From the NCBI GenBank assembly GCA_048772705.1, contig JBLWGC010000104.1, forward strand, positions 310,001-374,000: DNA of 64,000 nt. The letters are read 5' to 3'. The translations under genes and the position numbers were made by a program. A model generated the notes under the pieces. The model searched no databases. It was not told the DNA's origin and was given only the letters and a program-made list of their open reading frames with translations. This stretch comes from Leidyana gryllorum EB-2025a (Eukaryota > Protista > Apicomplexa). Positions within the stretch are counted from its first letter, which is position 1; each line of letters starts with the position of its first letter. This document shows, in pieces, positions 1 through 12,066 of the stretch.

Positions 1-945
1 GTGTCCTCAGCAGTCACTGAGTCGGCTGTGTCCTCAACATCTGATATCGAGGCCGGATCCTCGACATTCAGAGATATGGCGGTGTCGTCGGCGGTGTCTG
101 CGACCTCACTGTCCTCAGCAGTCACTGAGTCGGCTGTGTCCTCAACATCTGATATCGAGGCCGGATCCTCGACATTGAGAGTAATGGCGGTGTCCTCAGC
201 ACTCAGAGCATTGGCGGTGTCCTCAGCAGTCACTGAGTCGGCTGTGTCCTCAACATCTGATATCGAGGCCGGATCCTCGACATTCAGAGATATGGCGGTG
301 TCGTCGGCGGTGTCTGCGACCTCACTGTCCTCAGCAGTCACTGAGTCGGCTGTGTCCTCAACATCTGATATCGAGGCCGGATCCTCGACATTGAGAGTAA
401 TGGCGGTGTCCTCAGCAGTCAGAGCAATGGCGGTGTCATCGGCGGTCTCTGCGACCTCCGCGTCCTCAGCAGTCACTGTGTCGGCTGTGTCCTCAACATC
501 TGATATCGAGGCCGGATCCTCGACATTGAGAGTAATGGCGGTGTCCTCAGCAGTCAGAGCAATGGCGGTGTCATCGGCGGTCTCTGCGACCTCACTGTCC
601 TCAGCAGTCACTGAGTCGGCTGTGTCCTCAACATCTGATATCGAGGCCGGATCCTCGACATTGAGAGTAATGGCGGTGTCCTCAGCAGTCAGAGCAATGG
701 CGGTGTCATCGGCGGTCTCTGCGACCTCCGCGTCCTCAGCAGTCACTGTGTCGGCTGTGTCCTCAACATCTGATACCGAGGCCGGATCCTCGACATTGAG
801 AGTAATGGCGGTGTCCTCAGCACTCAGAGCAATGGCGGTGTCATCGGCGGTCTCTGCGACCTCACTGTCCTCAGCAGTCACTGTGTCGGCTGTGTCCTCG
901 GCATCCGGTGCCAAGGCCGGATCCTCCACATTCAGAGCGATGACC
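1..945. repeat. Coding tandem repeat of five 27-nt monomer types in 108/135-nt higher-order units
   Basis: 35 consecutive 27-nt modules, order ABCD ABCE ABCD ABCED x4 A B' C', read directly from the sequence. Confidence 0.95.
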
Positions 946-2773
946 GCGTCCGCGACAGTTGGTGCGACTTCTTCCGCTGCCAGTGCAACGGCTTCATCAG
1001 CGGGGCTGTTCTGCTCCGCTAATTCGACCGCGGGTTCAGCAGCTGGTGATACCGTGGATCTGTCCTCATCTGGTAGTGGGAAGTCTTCCACAGCTTCTTG
1101 TGCGACTGCTTCGTCCTCCAATTTGGATGAGAAAACGTCTTTCTCAGCCCCTGAATTGATAGGATCCGTCTCGCCTTTGAGTACGAGGGCTTCGTCCTCA
1201 GTTTTCAGTGCAAAGACTTCTTCCTGGATATCTGATGAGCTCTTCTCCTCCACTTCTGTTGCGGCAGCCTCCTCCTGAGCTTCTGGTGAGACGGCCTCTT
1301 CCTCATCTGCCGAGAAGACGGTGTCATTTTGACTGTTCTTAGCGGAGCTGGTGATCGCTGTTTCGATTGAATGTTTGTCTATGACGGGCTGTAAGAACTC
1401 ATTCGGAAGGAGTTCTTCGTCCTCAACCTCATCGGGCGCATTCGAAGAGTCGAGAGTGACATGGCGGCTGACGAACGGCAATTCTGCTGTGAGAGCGGTA
1501 CTCTCACTATCCAATATGTACTGCGAGGAAGTCTGAGGGGGAAGATCTTGTGTTGATGCTGCGAAGTCTGAGCTCACCTCAACACCATTTGTTTGCTCTG
1601 AAGTGGACTTTTGCTCTGTCAGTGTTTGAGAATCGGCCGCTGAGTCTTGTGCGGGTAGTGTAGAGAGGTCCACACCCCTTTCGAGAGCTGCAGATTGCTC
1701 AAAATTCATAGTATCCAAGCTTGACGTCGAGTCGGAAGGGACAGCGAGCTCATCTTGTGTGCTAATGTCCGACTGTTGAGCATCATTGTCTGCTAGGTAG
1801 GACTCCTCAGGCATCTCTGATGCCTGGTTCTCTCGTGTATCGCCGAGAGTAAATGAGTTGTGCTGGTCTACACTCAGTGTAGTGTCCTCCGAGCTAAGTA
1901 TGCTTGACGAGATCAATTGACTCGGTGGTGCGAGCTCCGATGTGGACGATGTTGACAGGTCTGAAAAACGTAGAAGCGGTTGAGCAACTGTCTAAAGCAA
2001 TCACCTGTATTCGTCGACGAGACATAGACCTCGGGTACGAAAGGTAGGGTATCAGGCTCTGGAATTTCGGCATTGAGAGGAAGCTCCACTTGGGAAATTT
2101 CTGTCACTGTAGCACTGGCAACTTCCTCTCCGCCATCAAAGGCGGGTGGGTCTATTTTCGGAACCTCCGCCATATCCGAAGCTAGCACGAGTCTCTCTGG
2201 GTGGTCATCAGTAAATGAGGTCCTGTTTTGAGTAGTAATAGTGACAGGTGAGAGCTCTGCCGTCAAGTCGTCAGCAGCCCCTGACGGCTCCACTGGGAGT
2301 GACGGGTCAGCCTCTCCCAGCATAGTGTCAGAGGTGAAACTTATGTCAGCCAACGTCTCGGTAATGTCATCGTTGAGACTGACTTCTTCTACAGTGGGCG
2401 AGACGACCACTCGGCTGAGCGCAATCAAATTATCGTTCATATCAGCGTCAGATTGTACTTCTTCGGAACTCTCATCAGGGAAAGCGCCGTCCTGGCATGC
2501 CGTGATCTGAGGCTTCACCAGGCAACTCACCGGCCTGTTCGTGTTCACCAGGTCTGGTTCAGCAGTGTCACTCGAGGACTGAGATTTTGAGTCGATAGGT
2601 TGCGACACGGCGAGGACACTAAGCCTGTATGACAGGAGGGAGGTGCAGAGCCAATTCATGATGAATACTCACGTGGTAGATTTCGAAGGGGTTTCGACAT
2701 TAATTGGTCCATCATAGTTTTCACAAATAACATTAGAGCTAATCACAAGGGCGAAAATAAGATAATGCCACAT
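1..2773 (-). CDS. Large secreted acidic repeat protein (D/E/S/T/A-rich), 3' end beyond window start
   Basis: ATG at 2773 gives a signal-peptide-like MWHYLIFALVISSNVICE. Intron 2625-2672 (GTGAGT..CAG) joins in frame to ORF 1913-2659. A second intron at ~1960-2005 leads into an acidic frame that appears to run to position 1 through 9-aa repeats (ADSVTAEDT, ASISDVEDT, AISLNVEDP, EVADTADDT). Confidence 0.8.
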
Positions 2774-2860
2774 TGTGTACCAGTCCTAACCAATAACGGA
2801 TATACCTTATAGAATACATGGTGGTAGCGAATGCCCCAATAATTAAATTAAATAGCAGAG

Positions 2861-2882
2861 CACACACACACACACACGTGTG
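2861..2882. repeat. (CA)n microsatellite ending in the CACACGTGTG palindrome
   Basis: cacacacacacacacacgtgtg, intergenic, ~90 nt upstream of the repeat-protein ATG. Confidence 0.9.
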
Positions 2883-3066
2883 GCTGTACAACCGCAGAGT
2901 GACACAGTGGGATTGTGTGTGTAAGTGTCCTACAGTAGCGGTCGAACATAATCAGTGATGAATTGTACCGACACCGGTGGTTAAAAATAGATCGAGATCT
3001 CGCCAGAGGCCCTACAGACAAGAAAAAGTGGGTGCATGTAAAATCGGTTTTGTAAACCGCGTATTC

Positions 3067-4578
3067 TCAGAGCACAGCAACCGATGCTCCTGCAGACGGA
3101 ACGGTAGCGAAGACAACCGCGTCCAACTGATCCTGGGGTGGGAACCGATGCGTGGAAGAGATAGTGGGATCATCACGCTTGGCAAAGTACTCAGTCTTCA
3201 CGGCCTCAATGACCGCACTCTTCTTGGATTCTGGCACCAAGGCCACCATACACCCTCCCCAACCAGCACCAGTAATTCGAGCTCCATACGCGCCGTTGTC
3301 ACGACACAGCGCGGTAAGGCGCTCGACTTCGGGAACTGAAGCATCAAAGTCGTAATTCATCGAAGCGCCGGAAGCATTCATTAGATCTCCCAGACGTTTC
3401 AGGCGCTCCTCAGCATTCAGCGATGTGTCGCGTGCAATGGAAGCAAAGTCTTCGACCCTCTGAGCTTCGCACAGAACATGTTTGACGCGATTGTACACAT
3501 AAAATTCATCATTCTTCTCCCACACATCCTCACCACAGCGTTTCTTCAAGAGGACATCCCTTCTTTCCTCACCCAAAATCTTCAAAACGTCTTCCTTCGT
3601 CCAAATCTTGTCGGCCAACTTTGTGTCCAGCGTGGCAGTCAATTCCGTCTCTGTAAGCTTGAGTCTCTGACGCACGACCTCCCTCAATTGCAGATCGAGC
3701 AATTCGTCGGCCGTTATTGCTGCGGCTTCAGCAGGAGGGAGGAGAGCCAGACAGCCGACTTTAAGCTCAAAGACACGTTTGTTGTACATCTTGTGTGCCG
3801 CCTGGGCTTTTGGTATTTCCACCATCGAATTTACGATCACAAGAGCACCGCCTTCTGGTAACTGTACATCCTCGGTAGTCAACGGCGAGAAATGAATCAA
3901 GTTCGCGCACCCCTCTTTGCTGAGGAGTACCGCGGCCTGATCCATACCTCCGGAGGCTACCCCAGAGTACCTTTCGGCTCGAGCGCAAAGATCGGCGAGC
4001 GTTCTCATTACCGGCGGGTTCTTGTGGGCGTTAACAAGAGCAAGGGCAGTTCCGCAAACTAAGGCAGCGGAAGATGAAAGACCTGCCGCAATCGGGACAT
4101 TTCCATCGTAGAGGATGCGAATTGAGAAGTTCAGGGGGGACCGAGCATCCTTCTTGGCCTCTTCCATTTGAGTGGCACTCAAACCTTCTTTAGGCTCAAT
4201 TAATCGGCCCACGGTTTCAGCGTTCTCTCCGTTCAGGTAGTACTCCACGACACCGAAATAAGCAGAGGCAATGTAGTTAGTCCACACCTTATCGGTCAGA
4301 ACCTTCACTTCCGAAGCACACTTATACACTCGAGAAGAGTAGGTGTTGCTTTGCACGTGGGCCACTTCCAAATGGCTATTCGTGTCAGTTTTCGGCTCCA
4401 CACTGACACAAGCACCCATAGATTGCACAATAGCGCAAGGACAAACCGGATACGCTTGGTGATCAACATGCTCGCCGATCAAATTGACCCGACCAGGTGT
4501 CTGAGTGACAAACGACGGCTTTGGGCCAGTGGGGAAGTGCTCATCCCATTTGGAAGCAAGAGAAGTCCAGTCAGCCAT
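3067..4578 (-). CDS. GALK: Galactokinase / N-acetylgalactosamine kinase (GHMP kinase)
   Basis: Single 503-aa ORF with PGRVNLIGEHVDH, PIAAGLSSSA, GGMDQ and GARITGAGWGGC motifs. Confidence 0.93.
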   Translation of the reverse strand: MADWTSLASKWDEHFPTGPKPSFVTQTPGRVNLIGEHVDHQAYPVCPCAIVQSMGACVSVEPKTDTNSHLEVAHVQSNTYSSRVYKCASEVKVLTDKVWTNYIASAYFGVVEYYLNGENAETVGRLIEPKEGLSATQMEEAKKDARSPLNFSIRILYDGNVPIAAGLSSSAALVCGTALALVNAHKNPPVMRTLADLCARAERYSGVASGGMDQAAVLLSKEGCANLIHFSPLTTEDVQLPEGGALVIVNSMVEIPKAQAAHKMYNKRVFELKVGCLALLPPAEAAAITADELLDLQLREVVRQRLKLTETELTATLDTKLADKIWTKEDVLKILGEERRDVLLKKRCGEDVWEKNDEFYVYNRVKHVLCEAQRVEDFASIARDTSLNAEERLKRLGDLMNASGASMNYDFDASVPEVERLTALCRDNGAYGARITGAGWGGCMVALVPESKKSAVIEAVKTEYFAKRDDPTISSTHRFPPQDQLDAVVFATVPSAGASVAVL

Positions 4579-4768
4579 GGTGATGACAGTGAGATAAGGT
4601 CGTGAGTATTCGAGAGTGTAGTATGAAAAATGAGTTGATAATTACCCAAAATCGCAAAGCTGGTTTCGTGTGTGCAACGCGTGTCTCCTTCGGGGTAGCC
4701 TCTAGCCGAATGCATTTTGGTGTATATATCGAACTTCAAGAACCTAGTAGTAGTTTAGAATCGTCGTG

Positions 4769-5553
4769 ATGCGGTACTCAGGCTTCGCAGTGGTTCTGTT
4801 TCTTGCTAATGCTAGCGCTGAGTCAACCGGAAGCGTTGTAGCAGATGCAGATGCAGTTGCTAATGCTCTATCTGCCGAGGAAGCAGTGGCTGCTGGAGCC
4901 GAAATGTTTAACTTACCAAAACTGGTGAACATGCCCGAGTCCTATGGAGTAGCGTACGAAGGCGAGAATTTGCATCCTGAGTGGGACCCTAATGCCCCTG
5001 CGTGGCGCGCCGATCTGGATCGATTGGTGCGTCAAGATGTTTACGAGAGTCCAGATCCAGCGCTGACACGAGCTATGCATCTGTCATCTCTGGAAGTGGC
5101 GGCTGCTCGGCGGTTACTGGTAAGCAATGGAAGGTTTGATGTGAGGTAATGCACTACTTTGCGCAGCTGACAGCAGTACGCCCACCCCATTTGAAACGAA
5201 AGTTGACGGAAGTACCAACATTGTTGACTGACGATCTGTCTTTAAAGGAGACTAGTCCTGTGGCGAGTCCCGCCACGGTGTCGAACTCGGCTGTTTCTTC
5301 TTCGAGCTCCAGTTCGTCTGGGAGCCTGCTAAGTGCTCAAGACATACTGGATATACTCAACGTGGTCAGCGAAGGCGTCAGTACTGGAAATGCGATTGCA
5401 ACTGGCGCAACCACCACTGTGCGGCCAGTGAACAACATTGCTGAAGGAATTTCGAACATTTTCCAAGGCGCATATCGCTTGAACAGCGCCGTTACCGAGC
5501 TTCTGGGTGAAGATGGGAGCCAAGGGCTGCTTCAAAAGCTTGGGCTGGCTTGA
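4769..5553 (+). CDS. Hypothetical secreted protein (2 exons)
   Basis: Signal-peptide-like MRYSGFAVVLFLANASA. Intron 5120-5166 (GTAAGC..GCAG) joins ORFs 4766-5149 and 5149-5553 in frame. Contains RRL and RKLTE motifs. Confidence 0.75.
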
Positions 5554-5567
5554 TAGCTTTTTTCACA

Positions 5568-6542
5568 ATGCAAACTAAAGCAACGGGGTACTCCGATACC
5601 GAGTCCAACTCGAATTCCACCAATGATCCGATAGAGCGACATTGGCAGCACCGAATATCGCAAGGGGACCCTCTCGCCACCAGCTCGGCCGTGGCGATCA
5701 AAATGCGCCCCGGCAGCGCCACCAGAGACCTTCTGGAGCGTCGGGAGCGCGATTTTGATCGCGAAGATTGGGCCATACAGCTCGGAGCTGGACTTCCCAG
5801 ATTGCAAATTCTGGATATACAAGAACGATGGGGCGAAGTGTATATGATTTGTGCACTACCCGACCACGTCTTCTCGAAGACGCTGGCGTGGGGACACACA
5901 GGATGGAACTCGAGTCTCGTGAGGCCTGAAGTTAGCGTCCGGAAGAGTTGTGGCGTGAGATGTGGTGGCGAGAGGGTTAAAAATCAGATCCGGGCGGTGG
6001 TCTCTCTGTCCATCATGGCCCCCATATGCACTATCGCTCAAACTGTACTGTTGTGTTACGCCCGACACTTGCATCCGCTGCCGTGGGCCTTCACAGCTGG
6101 CCTGGTCGTATGTCTGGAAGCATGTGCTATTCTCATGGCGGCCACCAAACCGGGACAAACCATGTACAGAGCGTGGCTCGTTGGCATAGCCCTCTGCATG
6201 ATGGCCAAACTCGTCGTGTGCGTCATACAGCTGACTCTCGTCCTCTCACTCAATGGATCGGAGTGCGCTGAAGGAGACCGAGTGGATGCTGTTTGTATCA
6301 AGGAGCTGAACATAAAAGCTTGGCCACATCTGAGCGCTGCATTTGCCAGCACTGTGAGCTTCGTTATTGAGACTTGCCTTGTGGCAGTGACTCGCAAACT
6401 CCGCAAAATGGTACGAGCCGATGAAGAGAAAGCTCGAGTGCTCTTGTCCATCGAAAGACCCAGCAAGGTTATGAGTCCTAAGCCCATTTTGTTCTGGCTA
6501 GTCGGCCCGCCCCCCTTTCGGAATCAAGAAACAGCCCCTTAG
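5568..6542 (+). CDS. Hypothetical multi-pass membrane protein
   Basis: Long ORF with about 4 hydrophobic segments in the C-terminal half; possible in-frame intron ~5931-5987. Confidence 0.6.
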   Translation: MQTKATGYSDTESNSNSTNDPIERHWQHRISQGDPLATSSAVAIKMRPGSATRDLLERRERDFDREDWAIQLGAGLPRLQILDIQERWGEVYMICALPDHVFSKTLAWGHTGWNSSLVRPEVSVRKSCGVRCGGERVKNQIRAVVSLSIMAPICTIAQTVLLCYARHLHPLPWAFTAGLVVCLEACAILMAATKPGQTMYRAWLVGIALCMMAKLVVCVIQLTLVLSLNGSECAEGDRVDAVCIKELNIKAWPHLSAAFASTVSFVIETCLVAVTRKLRKMVRADEEKARVLLSIERPSKVMSPKPILFWLVGPPPFRNQETAP

Positions 6543-7674
6543 TCGTCTATGTCTTCGCATAGCACCTGCGGTTCAGGAATCACAACCTTCTTGAAAATGT
6601 CATTCAGTGACAGCAGCGAGGGCAATTGACAGATGTGTTTCACTGTCAACTCATTCAGTCCACTTCTAGAATCAAAGTCCACCAGCTCAGGTAAAGGACT
6701 GCTCACTCCTATAGAAACGCATTATACCTCACCCGAGAGATTATATCTTCCCAACTTACGGCTCGTTACGCCGAGTGAATATGTATTGTTCTGACAGACC
6801 TCTTTGGTCCGTCTATGCCTTGGCGGAATGGCGAAGCTTGGCATTTTGGGCTTCGCACCAGCTTTGGGAACCCATAAATAACCCCTTCGAGCCATAGACC
6901 ATCGCTGTTAAATCTATAGTCTGAACACAGTGGCCATTCATACCAATCTGGAGACGGCCACACACGTTTGCAGATCGCTCGAGAACACCTCCTCTCGATT
7001 CAGAACGTCCAGTTCCGGTCGATTGAGCATTTCTCGCTCGTTGTGGTCCCCAACTCGTGCAGAGACGACCAGACACCGGGGATAGTATGCCAAGTGGGCC
7101 GCGGAGGAGCCATTATGGCGCATTCGTTTCATCAGGCTGGATCAAGATTGTGTATGGTGGCCTGCAGGTGGTTCCCAGCTCACGTAGCCATGATGTACGT
7201 CTCACGATCACACGGCATGAGACACATGTGGTCAAGAGGGATTTGAGCGACAGCATTGACGTGACGTGTGCCCAAATTGTAGGCCACAGAGTACATATTG
7301 CACGCTTCCTGGATGCCCCTGGACACTGCTCCGGGATCCCGCTGGGAGATAGGGTATCGTCGGCCAGACCACAGCAAGAGGTGGGGTCTGTCCCTCGGAT
7401 ACTTGATCAAAGTCCACGGGGAAGCTGTTTGAGTGACACGGAGTAGAATGGAATCTTCGAGGGTAGCTGAGTCCTCATTCCAATCTTCTGGGCCGGCCCA
7501 CACTCGCAGCTTGGCTTCTGGGTATAGACGGCGGTTGGAATGGATGCGTTGTTGCAGTAGTCGCACCGTGGGATCTGGGTCCGAGCAACCTAGTAGCTCG
7601 ACCCTAAATGGTTCAAGGGGGTCATTATAATCATCACGCAGTGGGGGTAGCAAGGGTGCGAGCAAGTATGACAT
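6539..7674 (-). CDS. Hypothetical protein, multi-exon
   Basis: ORF 7180-7674 splices (GTGAGC..CCAG) into the frame of ORF 6938-7132. Further probable introns lead to a last exon ending ...VLCEDIDD* at 6539. Internal exon structure is uncertain. Confidence 0.5.
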
Positions 7675-7721
7675 ACAGTACGATCAAAAGTATAAAGTCT
7701 GATTTGAAGGAACCAAAATGA

Positions 7722-8865
7722 TCACTTAGGGCGAGGAGTCACGGGTGTTGCTGCGGCAGCTGCAGCGGCAGCGCGGCGACTCAAGAACAAAGCTCGCATA
7801 CTCGGTGCCAAGAGGCGCCCGTTCTCCCAGGACGGTCGACGGTTGGGTTGTCTGAAGGGAATGTGCCATTCGGTTTCATTTGGCTCACAGAAGGTCTTTG
7901 TCCGCTGCACTTTCAGAAGTTCTGCGGACCGAAGTCGCTCTGAGATTTGCGGACTTGCTGGTGGCCCTCGTGGGTTGCGACGCGTTGGGCAGACTGGGGT
8001 GTCGGCCGCGCTCGGGTCGAGTAGCGGCCGGTGTTGATCTATCATTACCTGGCGAAGACCAGCCACCGAGCCCAAGTGTGGCCTTTCTATCACTGTTCCT
8101 GACTGGTAGTACAGTGTTGGCTGGGCCCATGGCTATTTCGGTGGCTCTTGAGGTTCTTGTGGATGTTATTGTCTTGGTGGAGGTGGTGGTTGTTCTGATT
8201 GTGGTGGACTTAGGGGCCGCCGCCGCCGCCGCTAGCTTGCTTGGTTGTGGGGTTGACTGGGATACTGCTGCTGCTGCTGTTATCCTCATTTTCAGGCCAA
8301 CTGGACTTCGGGCTCGACCCAGGACGGGGCGGCAGGGGGAGTTCTCCATCGATCCACGACCCGCACAGTGGATAGTGTAAATTAGTATTAGCCGCGGAAC
8401 ATAAAGTATCGATCAGAATCTCTTCAATCTTCTCCACGAAAGTTTCAATCTCTTGAGCTTCTTTCCAATCCATGACCCATCCGTTCTCCCTCATTACTGC
8501 ATGGGCACTATACAGATGTGCCCGCTACTTATCGTAGAACAATTGATACTACCTCCACTGCTCACCATTTCACTCATGGTTCGGTGAGCTTCATCGGGCA
8601 TAGGAGATTCATCAGACTCTAATTGATTACGTAGTGACAGGAAGAAAGTCCCCGCTTGACTCAGTTCAGGCGATCCAGCGAGAAAAGTTGAGTGACAAAA
8701 TGTTTCTCGTAGGTCAGATTCGGCAAACCATGCTGTCATGTTGCGAGCAGCATCGTCGCCGATCCACTTAGTCAGCCAAGATTCCAGATGAATAGGCCGC
8801 AACTGTATGCAGGGTAACTCAGCACCCAACACACAGCCAAGCGTTAGTGACCACCCCAAATGCAT
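7722..8865 (-). CDS. Hypothetical protein(s), possible signal peptide and Thr-rich segment
   Basis: MHLGWSLTLGCVLGA at 8865. Successive ORFs 8494-8889, 8210-8494, 7885-8349 and 7722-8093 can be linked by short GT-AG introns, but the path is ambiguous and may be two genes. Confidence 0.35.
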
Positions 8866-8939
8866 AGAAATTTGACTGCATGTTACCACTTATTACACAT
8901 TAAGTCATCTGGCAGTTACGTGTGAAGATATCAATCAAC

Positions 8940-10912
8940 ATGAGTATACCTATTAGGTTCGAAGCGGATATCCAAGATCCTTCTCGTTTCACCTCCAATG
9001 TTTGCGGTGTTCCCCCAGCATGGGCCCAAGAACTCATGGACGCCGACATTGGCGTCGCCAACGAGGAACAACGTTATCACTCCGAATTCAAGCCTTTCGG
9101 AGAGGCTCAAATGACCTTCAAGAACGACAGTCTCGCGGGAATTGTACTCGGACCTGTCATCGGACGAGTGACAGACAGATCCGCACGCATCCTCATTGAA
9201 GCTAACCGTACTGGTCCTGTTACATGCTATCTCAAGGGAGTCAGCGAGAACCTCCGTGAAACCCACAAGATCAAGAAGCATCTGGCTGTCGATGCTGGAA
9301 GACCTGTCACGTTTGGTGTCGGGGGCCTGAGGTCTTGCTACACTTACACCCTCTCCTTCTCCATCCCGGTCTTCAACCTTGTCCACTCCAAATTTAAGAC
9401 CATGCCCGGCAAAGACTATGATCTGGAACTTACTCCTTTCCACTTCGCTGTTGTAGCTGGCAACACCGTCCAGGCCTACGAAGAAGCGGCTCCTGTACCC
9501 AAGGACAAAGACTCCCGCAAACCCCCCGTGCTGATCGCTCGTCAGACCCACTGTACTCAAGCGTCGCTTTGGAAGGATCTTTACCACAAGGTTTGCCGCG
9601 GCGACCTACGATACATCTTCCATATCGGCAATAACGTTCAGATTGGCGGCAAGGTAAGTACAATAGCGCGTGTGTGCACACATGTCACTGTACCCTATGT
9701 TTCTAGTCATCTGCTTTTGCTCGGGTATTGCGGGAAGGAATGAGCGAAAATGAGTGTAAGGAAGCCTTCCGTGACGAGTACCGTCGTCAATGGAGCGAGC
9801 CCTGGACCAAACACGTCTTGGCAAACGTTCCGAACATCATGGTCATGAACGAAACGGATATTGGTAACTTTATCCCTCACGCTCCACTCACCGGACCGGA
9901 TTTCAACGTCGCAATGACAGCTTTCGACATCTACCGCGAGTACCAACAGAGTCTGTGCAGCCGCTTGCGTGATGCCGATGAGCCCGAGGATCTCTTCTGC
10001 CACTGGGCGGTACAAATCGCACCGCAAGTTGGCATTCTGCTGTTGGACTGGCGTTGCTGCCCCACCTTCGGACAGAAGAACCCCGACAACGGCAAGAACG
10101 ACTTGCTTGGCGCCCCTCAGCGTCACCGTATAAAGCACGCCTTGACCAAGAAGTTCAAGGCAAAGGGTTTGGGAGGTCATCCGCCAGTGACAGCTTTGCT
10201 TGTCCTGTCTCCGATGCAGATTTCTAATCCGGATGCCCACATCCACCAGCGACAGTTCAGTCACGATCTGAACTGGTTGACTGAGGCGCTTTTCGCCTGG
10301 CGTGATAAGGCGGCTCCTCGTAACGTGCGCGAAGTGGCCATTGTGTCCGGTTCGGAGTTCGAGGGCAACGCTGGCGGATGCGTGCAGATTACACGTTTGA
10401 GCGGTAAGACCCAGGCGACTCGTGGGTTTATCAAGGAGGTTGTGACTGGACCGATATCGACTGGTGGAAAGTTCAAGGGCTTCAAGGCATCTTTCACTAA
10501 GAAGGTTCACGGTTTCCGAGCGAAGCCGTGTGAGTACAGTTCCAGCCACAATTACCTGTTGGGCGTCATTGGCCAGAGACTCGAGATTACCGACCGCAAG
10601 GAGGAGGCGCAGTACGGCCACTTTGGCGTGTGCCATCCCATCTTCTGGTTCCAGCGCCGAAGCGTTCCTGCTCGGAGCAACTGGACTAAGCCCGTAGACC
10701 TTTCTGTGGTGGGAGTGTCTAAGGACGAGAAGATTCAGGAGGGTAAATGGATGAACACCTGCCCGCAACAGCCCCGAAAGAGAAGGAACACCCTCAAGGA
10801 GCGCATCGAACGTACAATTACAAACGTAGCAGTCAAGAGACGCGGAGACAACGTGCCTCTGCCGAAGCAGCTTCAGTCTATTGAAGCTTTCAAGGAAGTG
10901 TACAATCTATGA
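8940..10912 (+). CDS. PhoD-like (alkaline phosphatase D fold) protein with degenerate metal-binding motifs
   Basis: VLGPVIGRVTDRSARILIE (N-terminal domain), HIGNNVQ, LANVPNIMVMNETDI, LLLDWR, LLGAPQ, IVSGSEF and EVVTGPI follow the PhoD motif order. Intron 9654-9706 joins the two ORFs in frame. Confidence 0.75.
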
Positions 10913-10973
10913 GTGAAGTCTCGATCGTTAGAATGACAACATAATATTGCTTGAATAATGAGTGCTTGTACAT

Positions 10974-11892
10974 TTATGCCGGTGGCGAGTTGAGTTCGGC
11001 GGCCTCTAAAGCTGCGGAGCCGACGTCCTGAAGCGCAAAGTGGCCGGACGGCGTCGAAGCACTGGCCGACTTGGGGACTGGGGATTCTACGTCCCTGAAG
11101 AGATCGTTGAGATCATCGTCGTCCTCGGTCCGAGTGGTCGGTGTTTCGAGCATTCGTTTGGAGGTGTCCGACATGGAGGAGTCTATAATGCTTTCCAAAT
11201 TGTCGGTGTCTGTTCCGTAATCACCGGCCTGGCCACCCAAGAAGAGAGGACGAAGATGTCGGTCTGCAGGATTGCTGGACGGACGCTCCAAGTCGGATGA
11301 CCCTTGGCGACTGCCGAGGAAGCTTCCGTCGTCCCCGGCCTCGAAAGGAGAGACAAAGGTGACAAGCGGTTTGTCGGTGGTCCGGATGTCAAAGGTGCCG
11401 ACTCGTTTCAGAGTGGGTACGAGGTTGTCGTCCGAGACGTCATCTCGTCCATCTGGGGGAAAGGGTATGATATCTGAAGGTTCGTCCATGGCGTCGGAAA
11501 AGCCATCAATCGCATTCTGTGAGCTCCCGAACAGATTGTGGAAGTCAAAATCGTCGTCAGTGTGAGAGGGGGATGCGCTGGATGATTTTGCTTCGGATAA
11601 GTGTGTGGCAATGTTCGGTGCTGCCGGGCTGTCGGGCTGCAAATGTAGGTGAATATGCTGATAAGCATTGACTACCGGGCCCGTCTCTGGGAGGCCGGGA
11701 AGGAGGTCAGCGATGTTTTCTGCGACTTCCTGTCTAAGCGGTTTGGCCAGGGCGTTGAATAGGAGGTGATCAATGGACTGGCCTGGGTGACGACGAAAGG
11801 CCGACACATGACTGAGCTGCAGAAGACACTGTAAGCACGGATTAGAAGGATCGGAGGCTCACCAGGACGAGGCAAGGTATCAATCTCCGCAT
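10974..11892 (-). CDS. Hypothetical secreted acidic protein (2 exons)
   Basis: Exon 1 11892-11863 (MRRLIPCLVL), intron 11817-11862, then LSHVSAFRRHPG into ORF 10974-11807. This gives a signal-peptide-like start and a D/S-rich body. Confidence 0.7.
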
Positions 11893-12066
11893 AGTGTGTG
11901 TGGGTGCAAACGAGGTTGTCCACACAAGCCGAGATCAAGAAGGCTTGGATGAGGAAGAAGACAACGGCATAAGAGTAGAGATGGGGGTACTGTTCATATT
12001 TTGGATACGCGGATTGAATGATGCGTTCTTCCAGTGCTTTGAAGTTGCCGTTCCGAACATAAGTCT

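Noticed and set aside
1-945. CRISPR-like regular periodicity
   Set aside because: No unique spacers, in-frame coding repeat, eukaryotic context, no cas genes.
1-1278. 425-aa Ser/Ala/Val-rich ORF on the + strand
   Set aside because: Antisense shadow of the minus-strand acidic repeat gene, which has the ATG, signal peptide and introns.
190-4880. Peptide ANALSAE occurs both in repeat module E and in the secreted protein at 4769
   Set aside because: Only 7 low-complexity residues with different codons; not enough to claim homology.
9707-10768. 353-aa minus-strand ORF
   Set aside because: Lies wholly antisense to the PhoD-like exon; no motifs; explained by codon bias.
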